Shown here: positions 13,341-23,900 of the stretch, piece after piece
How positions within the stretch are numbered: the stretch's first letter is position 1
Layout of the letters: the number at the start of each line of letters is the position of its first letter
NCBI RefSeq assembly: GCF_902459465.1
Contig: NC_047062.1
Location: 18,662,001-18,726,000, forward strand
Length of the DNA stretch: 64,000 nt
Direction: 5' to 3'
Source: Asterias rubens
Taxonomy: Eukaryota
Made by a program: the position numbers and the translations under genes
Notes under the pieces: generated by a model
What the model was told of the DNA's origin: nothing
Seen by the model: the letters and a program-made list of their open reading frames with translations, nothing else
Database searches by the model: none

Positions 13341-15425
13341 ATGTTACCAGTGACCAGGATACCAGCTGTCCTGGTTCTCTCCTTGTTCTCATTGGCCCAT
13401 ATTCATGCTCGACATACTACGATACACCCAGGTGTTCAAGGCTTGTCGGATACCAAGACGTCGTACAAATACATTGATAAGTTAAGTCTATCAAATGACA
13501 ATAGACGAGAGTTTCAGGAGATACTGCTGGACGCCGGCGCCCAGCATGAAAAGCTGCTAGCAGAGTGCCAGGCAGAGACATACAGACCATTGACCATCGG
13601 TAAGAGATATTTGTCAAGTTTACTTATTGCAATAAATAGTTATGCCTGAAGTTGTGTTTCCAACTTCTTTTGGGCCCTATTTCAAACCTCGGCTTGGGCT
13701 CTGGCTTATAGGCTCCAAGCTCTATCTACTGGGCCCGATTTCATGGCTCTGCTAACCGCCGAATTCTGCGCTTACCCGCATTCCCAGCTTACGTGCAAGC
13801 GCCGAATTTCTGCGCTAGCCTTGTAAGCGTAGAATGCCTATGTAACGTGGAATACGCACGCGCAGAAGCCAAAATTCGCCGTAACCCGTGAAATACGCTT
13901 GCCGTAAGCACAGAATATCCCTGCTTCCGTGAGTGCCGATTCTGTGCTTACGGTAAGCAGAGCCATGAAATTGGGCCCTGATGTTCGAACCACCACGTGA
14001 AATATGCGCTGGTCCAAAAAGGCAGTTTAAAGGCTGAGCTCTGCGTTTCCACTGCGTACCAGTGCGCAGAGCCGGAGCCCAAAAGCCTAGGTTTGAGAAA
14101 GGCCCCTGGTCAAAACCCTTTCTTTTTCTTTGTGCTTTCAAATTCTGCCTCTTTCGCTTTAGGGTGTCATGGCCGAGTAGTTTTAAGAACATCAAATTCT
14201 AGTTCTGGTGGTTAAGTCATCTGAGTGTGGGTTCAAACCCTAGTCATGACATTTGTGTCATCGTCATGATCATTCTCTGTGGTCCATCAAGAGGGACGTA
14301 TCGATTTGTTTTAGACTGCCATCAGCTGCTGTGCCGGTGAGCCATGGTCCACTTCTAGCTGGCGCAACCAGGTGTTGCGTGGTCGCCCTCTGGGTCTCTT
14401 CCAGGCTGGGCCGGGACGGATTCCCACTCGAGCGTTGACGCTCAGCTTGAGGGGGGTATGTGCTGGAGTATATGCTTTACTATAATTCGTTCTCTTTACC
14501 CAGGGGTATAAATGAGCGCCATGGCAGCTCGGGGTTGAAATCCCCAGGGAGCTGAGAAAGTTTATAGGAATGTTATTGACTCGATGACAAGGGCAATAAT
14601 GTAAATCGCATTGATTTGGTCAGTGTAAAATGTGCTATAGAACTTGGTGGTTAAAGGCCCGGTCCCACTGCAGCGATAACGAGAACGATAACGATAACGA
14701 CACAAAGAGAACGCATTCCATTGGTTGAATGAGAGTGTGCATATTCTGCGTGGAGCAATTCAACCAATACAATGCGTTCTCTTTGCGCCGTGATAGTTAT
14801 CGTTTTCGTTTTCGCTGCAGTGTGACTCTGCCTTAAGTCATCGGAGTGTGGGTTCGAATCCTGTTCAAGACATTTGTGTCCTTGAGCAAGATGCTTTACT
14901 ACCAACCATGTAAAATGTCTGTCATCTATCACAGATGAAAGGATTTCCGAGGCCCAAGTTCTACTTCTGACCAATCTGCCTGCTGCGGCCACGTTACTTA
15001 AAGATACGCTTAGCTTCCCAGAAATATCTACTGAGCAGGTAAGTTTAAAGGCACTGGAGGTGTTTGGTAATTGTCGAAAACCAGTGTTCTTACTTGGTGT
15101 ATCCCAACAAATGCATAAAGTAAACCTGCAAAAATTTTGGCTCAATTGGTCATCGAAGTTTCATGATAATAATGAAAGAAAGAACACCCTTTTTGAAAAA
15201 TTTACATTCAGTGTGTGCTTTCAGATGCATATGAATCCTTTTTATTTGACTGAGAAATTACCTCTTTCTTAAACACAAAGACAATGCTTTATCAATAGTT
15301 GCATTGGCCGTAAGTGCAGTTTTCCGCACTTAGTTGATCCCAGTTCTGTACCCCCCTTTAACATTTTGCGTTTATCTTCTCTTTTTGACAGAATGTGAAG
15401 TATATAGGATTTGAGGCATTGCATG
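13341..15425 (+). CDS. Unidentified spliced gene, predicted secreted protein (at least 3 coding exons, 3' end unresolved)
   Basis: ATG exon 13341-13599 (acceptor at 13316/13317 upstream of the ATG; donor GTAAGA), exon 14935-15038 (CAG|GTAAGT), exon 15392-15425 (long pyrimidine tract; donor GTGAGG). Phases 1-0-1 are consistent with no stops: MLPVTRIPAVLVLSLFSLAHIHA-RHTTIHPG...TYRPLTI-DERISEAQVLLLTNLPAAATLLKDTLSFPEISTEQ-NVKYIGFEALH. Hydrophobic N-terminus ending AHIHA resembles a signal peptide. A possible 5' UTR exon ends at 11638 (CAG|GTATGG). Confidence 0.65.
13672..14104. mobile_element. Harbinger-type MITE carrying a nested MITE (13732-13977)
   Basis: Outer TIRs GGGCCCTATTTCAAACCTCGGCTTGGGCTCTGGCT / AGAGCCGGAGCCCAAAAGCCTAGGTTTGAGAAAGGCCC. 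Inner TIRs GGCCCGATTTCATGGCTCTGCT / AGCAGAGCCATGAAATTGGGCC with a CTG target duplication (13729-13731, 13978-13980). Confidence 0.8.
14165..14910 (+). mobile_element. tRNA-derived SINE cluster; second SINE interrupted by a palindromic MITE (14655-14833, TAA TSD)
   Basis: B-box-like GGTTCAAACCC/GGTTCGAATCC heads, a core CTCTTTACCCAGGGGTATAAATG and a LINE-like tail. The empty site GGTGGTTAAGTCATC (about 14207) compares with the filled site GGTGGT-TAA-[AGGC...GCCT]-TAA-GTCATC. Confidence 0.75.
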
Positions 15426-15690
15426 GTGAGGTATCAATGTATATTTGGTAAGCGGTAACACCATGTGTGTATCTACTTGCCAGGTGGAGTTGTTCTTAGG
15501 GAACTGTCTTGCTTTATAATACTGCCCTGGAGTAGATAATCGGAGGTTCGGGATACTTCTCAGTTCTGAAAAGAACTGTCCTGCTTTTTAACTATTACCA
15601 GGGCGGATGGTATAGAAATTAGACTAGACTACTACTTTAGCTTATAGGATCGTAATTAACTGTACTGCCGCTGAGTCAGTTCTGAAATTG

Positions 15691-15734
15691 GTCTCAACGT
15701 TTCGACTAGCTTGCTCTAGTCATTGTCAGGAGAC
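15691..15734 (-). ncRNA. Minimal type I hammerhead-ribozyme-like motif (Penelope-like-element type), core partly degenerate
   Basis: Minus strand: GTCTC-CTGACAAT-GACTAG-agcaag-CTAGTC-GAAA-CGTT-GAGAC. Helix I is 5 bp and helix II is 6 bp, both perfect; helix III is the palindromic ACGT. Confidence 0.55.
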
Positions 15735-16128
15735 TGGAGGAGAAAAAGGGTGGGCTTATTTATAGGGGTTCAGTGGATCCACTGCAGGTCAATCAATGCT
15801 CTGATTGGTTGTGTGGTTGGCGGGCTCAGGGCTATTGTTAGGGTTGGCCATTGTGTGAGAAACCTCTCGGGTGTAGTGAGGCGTGTCAGTAGGTTGGGGG
15901 TTGTTAGAGGAGGAGGGTGGTCTAGTTTGTAAGACACTGCTACAGATTTGCAAAGGTCCTGGGTTCTAATCCCACCCAAGTAATCAAGTATGCCTGAGAA
16001 CTCGTGAAAGTTACTCGTCGGTGTAATGGTAAAATCAAAAGTATATGAAATTCTTTATCCCAAATGCAAATTTAACATTTAGTTCTCGCAACCATCTCTT
16101 AACTAGTTTCACCCATTTTACTCTCTAG

Positions 16129-16365
16129 GTCCAGACGGACATGCAACAGATAGACGACACTCTTGTCCTCTTCAACATTTTCAATGCGGCTACCATCAAC
16201 CACATCGTTGTCTTCCTGACCGGGACCGGAGCGTTTCCAGAGGGAATGGGTGGGGCCATCTACTTCAGTTGGCCGTCACCGGGGGGGAAATGGTCTGGAT
16301 GTTTCTCGGTTTCATCACCAACGAAAAGCCAAGTGCCATTTTTAAAGTAGTCGGCTTGAAGAAAG
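16129..16365 (+). pseudogene. HIKESHI: Isolated exon 2 of Hikeshi (C11orf73/OPI10 family) with a -1 frameshift in a G7 run; other exons not found
   Basis: TAG|GTC CAG ACG GAC ATG... gives VQTDMQQIDDTLVLFNIFNAATINHIVVFLTGTGAFPEGMGGAIYFSWPSPGG. After adding one G at 16281-16287 it continues EMVWMFLGFITNEKPSAIFKVVGLKK, ending at AAG|GTATGG. This matches Hikeshi (INHVVVFMLG..PFPEGMGGSVYFS..W.LLGFVTNGKPSAIFKI.GLK). The exon is 237 nt versus 238 nt expected for the orthologous phase 0-to-1 exon. Confidence 0.85.
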
Positions 16366-17710
16366 GTATGGTTGACAAAAAAATTTATAGTCAATATGTT
16401 TCATTAGGCCGGTGTTTATATCCCGTTTTATTGGCATAATTGTCACATCTCCACCCGCAAAATATTATGATTACATGTCCATGTACGTGCAAATGGGCAA
16501 TTCCACGGTCAGTCGCATAACACTTTTCAGTGTCATTTCTCGATCGTGGTGCTAGAAGTTCTGTGTGAGATATTCTTTCCTCTAAGTTTATAGACTGATT
16601 TGTACTTGACACCCAAGGCTTTGAATTGATAATTATTAGAAATGTTGTGGGCTTTGTGCTCTGGATGTTATAACGTTGTAAAGACCGGTCAGTCGCATTA
16701 CACAAAAAGGACATGGTTAAAAAAACACTTGTCACAATTCAAAAATCTCCTCTATCAAAAAGATTGTGAAAGTGTTACTATATGTAACACACAACTCTTA
16801 TACATGAGTATCCAACAGGATAAATGGTCAGCAACTTGAACTTTTAGGTAATACGCTTTTACTGACGGGTATTGGTAGTAGATAGGGGACTCTTGTGTTC
16901 GGACTTAAAAAGTATTCGACGAGTTGAAGGCACACGCTGTAGGCATAAAGATAGACAATTAGTTTAATTAATGGGGAAATGGTACGCATGGTACAATGGC
17001 ATAGGGAAATCCTTGCTTTGGACTAGGTAAATAATTTGAGAGTGGAAGGCATACGCTTTACTGACGGGTAGACAGGGGACTCAAAGTCACTGTAACACCA
17101 AAAAGGTTAATCAAAGAGCATTAACAGCAAAGTGGACAGTGAACTTGGCTAATGGAACACAGCATCAACGTTAATTAAGGCTATCAAAAAGTAACAGTTT
17201 AAAAGGTACATGTTCTTAAAATAAAGTGCACAACAAATAATTAAATGTATGTACTCACCAAGTCCCTGCGCTCAGCGGCTGACTGTACTCTCGCGGTACC
17301 GTTGTGCGACCTGCTGAGCCCCGCGGCAATGTTGCTGGAGATTGGTCTATTCACTCTCTATTCACTCTCGTCTTGTTGTTTCCTTCTTAAAAAATCAGAA
17401 GATAGTTTTTGAGCTATGAATAAAGTACTTTATTAATATCAATATATATATCTACATGTATATCAACAAGTAACACAGGTGTGCAAGCACTTGAATAAGT
17501 GCAAATAACACATTTAATTGTATACGTACAAAGGCAATGTTCACATCGTCTATGAGCTATTGTGGTTATAATAAGAATCTGTGGTTATATCAAACCGACG
17601 TTTCTATCAGTGTGTTCTGACTGTCTTCAGTGCATGCGTTCATCGTCTCATTGAGACCGGTCAAAGCACACTGGGCGAAACGTCAACCTGTTAACCACAG
17701 ACTTTCGTTA

Positions 17711-17923
17711 TAAGGGGAAGTTAAGCTGCACGTTGCGCGGGCTAACACCAGAAAATTGTCTAGGTGACGTCAACACTTTGGGCTTATTTTATGCTGACGT
17801 GGTGACGTCTGTACATACGTGCCTGACGTGAAAAAAATGGTAACTTCAACTATACTAAAAACACAATTTTCTGACTTTCACGTTCACATTTTTGCTCACG
17901 TATCGTGCAGCTAAACCTCCTTA
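17711..17923. mobile_element. MITE with ~22-bp imperfect TIR in a TA context
   Basis: TAAGGGGAAGTTAAGCTGCACG ... CGTGCAGCTAAACCTCCTTA. Confidence 0.6.
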
Positions 17924-20043
17924 TATTATCATAGTTTGTTTCATGCAACAAAAAAAAACTGCATGACAACCGATAGGTTGAATTGCACTGAAATTAAGTA
18001 ACAATAAACATATTACTATCCCCCCTCCCCCCATTCCATCTCGTCTAGTTCTGCCTCATATTTGACAAATATGTACTGGGCCCTAGTTTTAGTATGGTGG
18101 TTCTGATAGTTATATATCGTGTGTGTAATGCTTTTACTTGCCATCTTTTGTATTGATTTTAACTACAATTTTAGATTTCTATGTTGTATATTATATATAA
18201 ATTTACACCCTTTCTTACAATCAAGGTCTAGGAGGGAACATCTTTTTGGATGGCAGTTTTTATGACTTTTGCCTTTCACATTTTATAATGTTTGTATTGT
18301 CCGTAGAATAAAAATAAATAAATAAATACAATAAAATATAAAGATATTTGAACCACAACTGGAAGTAAATGTCTTTTTTTGGCTTTTGTTCTTTGACCTC
18401 CGCTTGTATATTGCCAAAGAGTTAAAACAAATACATAAATAAACTCCTACATGTATGGGGGTTCATTATTCACGCATTGTGCATCACTTGATTGTATTGT
18501 ACATATCAACCCTGCCAAGTTTTGACTCCTATTTAATTTGTAATTAATTCAGACAGAGGTATTAAACGCTCGTTGCACAAACACGCTCAATTGACACGGC
18601 TCAATACTTCTATTAAATCTCATAATTTATTCATTTTTGAAAGAGTGGACATTTTGGATACTCGTAAAAAACAACTATTATGGTAACTGTGTGTGACAAG
18701 GACCTTGTCACACGCGTCAATTTTTACAGGGTACTTGGAGGCAGCCAACGCAGTGCATGCTACAGGACCACTTCGGTCGTACATGAGTATTTTTTTCAGA
18801 CAATGTCTTAACTACAGATATTTTGGACTAAATGTACTTGATAGGTTTCCCTCCTGAAACTTCCACGGAGGAACTTGACAAGGGGGTCAAGTAATGTATG
18901 GCCCATCAAACAAAACAAATATTCCCCCCTGTGTCTTAAAGCCATTGGACACTTTAGAAAAAAAAATTAAAGTTCACAGATTTACAAATAACTTACAGGG
19001 TTTACAGAAGGTAGTGGTGAAAGACTTCTCTTGAAATATTATTCCATGAAATGCTTTACTTTTTGAGAAAACATCAAAAAAAAAAATAATAATAATACAA
19101 AACAACACGTGGCTTTCCATAGTTTTCCAATCTGGGTTGGCAAAAACTCGGGCTGTGACGTTGCAAAAGAAAGGTCTATTGAGAGTATATATGAGGGAAC
19201 CCGTCCCCGACTATTTTCACTATTTCTACACGGTTCAATAAATGCTCACCCATAATAGGACCTTGGTCAGACAATTTCCTCACAAGAAAAAGGTTTAAGT
19301 TCAAAACAATTTCAAAGTTGGAAGCACTTTCTATTATTATGACAGATTTCTGTTAAATGCATAGAGCTATACATATATTGATGTGACTAGAGCGCTAACA
19401 CCCCATTATACACGCAATAAAGTTTTGAAGCCGTGTGGGCGCATCAATGTTTATGTACAAACGAATACAAAAGCTTGATATTTTGTATGCCAATTGTACG
19501 GCTATTTGCATGATAGTGTATTTGTTATTTTCTATGTGTCACCGAACCAAAAGATGCAGCAAATGTAAACGCACAATCTGCTGATGAGCGTCCAAACTGC
19601 GAGCGTCATTTGCGTCATGTTGAAAAGGCACGTATACTTTTTAAAGTTTTCGTAGCGCACAGACGCGAATTGGCAGTCGCGTACGAAAGCGCACACGCCG
19701 AATGTTAAAAAACGCGCCAATGTGAATTAAAATCGTTTCGTAGTCATGCAACACATCAAACATGTCTGTGCCCAGGGTGGCTTCAAAACACAGAGCAAGT
19801 TAGCGCTATATAAATGTAGTTTATTATTATTATTATAAGTCAATATATATAGCTCTATGGTTAAACGCAACCTTTAAATTTGTTTTTTATGCGATTATTT
19901 GACATTAATATGTGGAACTCAGTATTGTAACTGCGATGGATTTTTTCAATAAACCTGTTTTATATTAAATTGAATTAATTTTGTCAACTTGAGTTTGCAT
20001 TGCATAGATTAAGATTCTTCCTCTTTACATGCTTTATTCTTGA

Positions 20044-20534
20044 CCTATGCTTTAGCATTGCGTAGGATGCTGGCCCTATGCTTCAGCATTGAGTAGGATT
20101 CTGGCCCTATACTTCAGCACTGCGTAGGATTCTTCCCCCATGATTTAGCACTGTGTAGGATTCTGGCCCTATGCTTCAGCACTGTGTAGGATTCTGGCCC
20201 TATGCTTCAGCATTGTGTAGGATTCTTCCCCTATTCTTCAGCACTGCGTAGGATTCTTCCCCTATGCTTTAGCACTGTGTAGGATTCTGGCCCTATGCTT
20301 CAGCACTGTGTAGGATTCTGGCCCTATGCTTCAGCATTGTGTAGGATTCTTCCCCTATGCTTCAGCACTGTGTAGGATTCTGGCCCCTATGCTTTAGCAC
20401 TGTGTAGGATTCTGGCCCCTATGCTTCAGCATTGTGTAAGATTCTTCCCCTATGCTTTAGCACTGTGTAGGATTCTTCCCCTGTTGCTTTTAACATTGTG
20501 TAGGATTCTGGCCCTATGCTTTAGCATTGAGTAG
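20044..20534. repeat. 31-bp minisatellite, about 16 units, just upstream of RAB15
   Basis: Unit TTCTGGCCCTATGCTTCAGCACTGTGTAGGA, with TTCTTCCCC/TTCTGGCCC variants. Confidence 0.95.
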
Positions 20535-20916
20535 CCTTCTCTGACACTTTTGTCATAAAAACTCTGCATGCTATTCTGCAAAACATTATAATGAGCCTAA
20601 CAAGGCAGAGGGCGCCCTATCTAGCCCTCCGCCGTTGGTTTTAGCAATCATTGGTTTTGTACAGTATGTCGAGTAGAGCAGAAAGCACAGAGGTCAATGA
20701 GTTGAGTAGAATCCTACACCGCCTGTGTGGTAAAAATTTTGTTCGCATATCTTGCAGGGTATATAATAATAAAACAGTGTCATTATTTTGGGGTGGTAAA
20801 AATGTACGATTTACCGTGACTTCCCAGTTAATTTTTACCTCCAAATTCAGTTCAAATTATGTAAAATATTTCAAGTATTCACTATAGAATTTTAGTAACT
20901 ACGTTAGTTTGAAATA

Positions 20917-23900
20917 ATGGCGAAACAGTACGATATTCTGATCAGGCTTTTGATGATCGGTGATTCCGGAGTTGGAAAGACGTGTATGCTATGCAGATAC
21001 ACGGATGAAGGTTTTATCACGCCGCATATATCAACAATAGGTATGTATTGTTCCAAGAATTTAATGTATAGAGTACCTTGAAAAGCATTGGAGAATAACA
21101 AGGGTGCAGTCAAGTACATGACTAATAATAAAAGTAGCATTAATAATAAAGAGAAAACATCATTGTCAATGGTTATTCAATTTCAAGAATGAATAATAAA
21201 TAAATTTTTGAATACAGAACTAAACTAACCTAACCAGCAGTTGATTAGTTTTTTGATGAATGATATTGGACTTTGGTTGGATTGTTCGATGTATGTAGTA
21301 TTGTTTTTTATTGATATGCCATTGATTGAAACATAACAAATTCATCTTTGGACTTTATGTACCTGTAATCTATGCGTTCATTTGTCTATTTATTATCGCA
21401 GCTATCATTTTTTGCTGTTTTGTTGTGATCGTAATATTATTAATATAATAATATTTGATGTAAACTACACTAAATGTAATGTTAAGATGTTATTGTTAGA
21501 ACTTCCTCCCCTTTGGCCTTGTGTTGTGCACTTCAGTTCTGGAAACTAACTTTTAAGGCTCAGCTGTGAGCCCTTAGGACTCGCCAATTTTATGTCCTCT
21601 GTTTTCAAGCATCCTGTGAACTTAATTCATGTGGATGTGGTCAATACAATTTTTAAATGATTTGAAATAATCTGAGGTGTTCATTTGGATGCTGCCTTTA
21701 ATCTGGCCAGAGATGTGCCTGAGTGTTAAAGCCATTGGACCCTTTCGGTTCAGAAAAAAAAAAAAAAAAGTTCACAGATTTACAAATAACTTACAGGGTT
21801 TACAGAAGGCAATGGTGAAAGACTTCTCTTGAAATATTATTCCATGAAATTCTTTACTTTTTGAGAAAACAGCAAAACAATATAAATTCTCGTTAACGAG
21901 AATTACGGATTTATGTTAAACACATGTCATGACACAGGTTTGTTATTTTGATATAGAAGTTGTGGTACACAAAGTGTGGGCCTTAGACAACACTGTTTAC
22001 CGAAAGGGTCCAATGGCTTTAACCTGTTTTTGTCACCATGACAAGTGTGGATTTGTTTTGCTTTTTACAGGCATGATACTTCTTGGAGGCAGCGAAGGTG
22101 CTCTTGCAATGCTCCATTAGAAATTTACAATTTCCTCATAGAGTGCCCTTTACTAAGGAACTGAAGCATACAGGCCTGCATTTAACACTATTGAACTTAA
22201 TTTTCACTAGTAACTTTTCGGGTCTTGATAATGTTGCATTAGGTTAATAAAACCAAACAATAACCCCACCCTAACTTTTTAGAGGGCTATGGGGCTTTGT
22301 GTATAGTTTTTATTTGGGAGGTCGGGACTATTTAGAACTCCATAAAGTTTATTGTTGTTAAATATTTAATCCACAGGTATTGACTTCAAAATGAAGAATT
22401 TATTATTAGATGACAAGAGAATCAGGGTACAGATTTGGTGAGTATTGTTCTTTATTGAAGGATTTATGAATTTTACAACCATTAATCTCCTATCTTTCTC
22501 AAAATGGGTGCATAAACTAGCATGGTTCTCCCCATGTATGCATGAATTGTGGCCAATACACACAAAGTTTTATGTGTATGTTATTTTAACTAAAGATAAC
22601 ACTATTTAGAATGCCACACAGTTTTGAAAAATTCTGGGGGGAACCCTGAATTGTAGTGTTCTTTAATCCTACCGTAAAGGTACTCTCAGGAATCCGATAG
22701 CACATCATTCTATTCAACAAAGTTTTTTTTTTTTATTCATAAATTTTATGCAACTGTCTTTGACAATTAACCAAAATATACCCTGCATTGAATGAGTTTA
22801 ACCTCAATAACTGACTGATTTGCGTCTGTGTTGTCCTGTTTTTTATTTTTGTGTTGTCCGTGTCTTTTCATGTGTAACCAAAGTATATTCTTTGTATATT
22901 CTTGTTCTTTCTCATAGATACGTATAATGTACACAAATTAGGGGGGGGGGCTCCATCCAACAAGCTTTAATAGACCTCCTCCACTTAATCTATTAAGTTT
23001 TCTCTCCTGTAATGTTAAATTTTTGTCATTTTAATTGATTGAGTGGAAATAAATTGAACTTGAATTGAATTGAACTTGAATTGCAGGGACACTGCTGGTC
23101 AGGAGAGGTACGATACTATTACTACACAGTACTTCAGAAGAGCTCAGGTAAGCTGACCTTAAACCTATTCTACAGTTTATTATGCGGTAACTGGTGCTCA
23201 TTGTAATCAAATCCATGCCTTATATCTTTAATGTATGCAAGAGCAGGAGTTCAAAATTGGTGCAAATTGTATCTCTTATGTCCTCATAGACATCCTAAGG
23301 TCAAAGGAAGACCTATCACTGGCTGAGAGTTGCGACTAATGCACAAATTCTGACTGTTTGACCTCGACGATGGCAGTCTTGGTCAGGGGTCATGGGGCAA
23401 AATATTTTAGGAAACAGCACTTGAAATGGACCCTTCCCATGAAATATGCTAATCACATTCACGCATGCATACAGACCCTGTTGGTTGGCAAATGCCATAG
23501 AGTTGTGCACTAAGCAGATGAGCAATCACATCTGCGTCACGCACCCATTAGCCGTGTACTAAACAGCGCGATGTTCCCTCATTTTGCCAACCAAAACGTT
23601 AGTGCGCACGCGCTATGTGCAATTTACATATTTCATGGGAAGGGCAAGGGTCTATTAAGCTGTGAACAGTCTCCTTGACCTTAACACCTAATGCTGTACT
23701 ACCCAGAACTACATGTATACAGATCGCTCCTTTTCAAGGCACAATGACATCACTTATTTGTAAACTTTTGTTGCATTTCATCCCTTTGTCGAAACCCTCA
23801 TTTATTTTATATTTATGTTATCTTTCTATTGCTTACATTGGTTTTTTGTGCTGTATTTGTATGCATTTGGTCATTCAGAGTTGTTTAAATAATTTACGTT

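Noticed and set aside
14960-15000. AAAGRLVRS in minus-strand ORF 14651-15145 as the missing Hikeshi exon 1 (VAGRLVQT)
   Set aside because: It is on the wrong strand relative to the Hikeshi exon and is antisense to a real exon of the unknown gene; coincidence.
17245-17360. GC-rich minus-strand exon-like piece ending at TTG|GTGAGT
   Set aside because: A lone fragment in TE debris; probably a transposon exon remnant that cannot be assigned.
20044-20534. CRISPR-like regularly spaced repeat
   Set aside because: Units are contiguous with no unique spacers, there are no cas genes, and the context is eukaryotic; it is a minisatellite.
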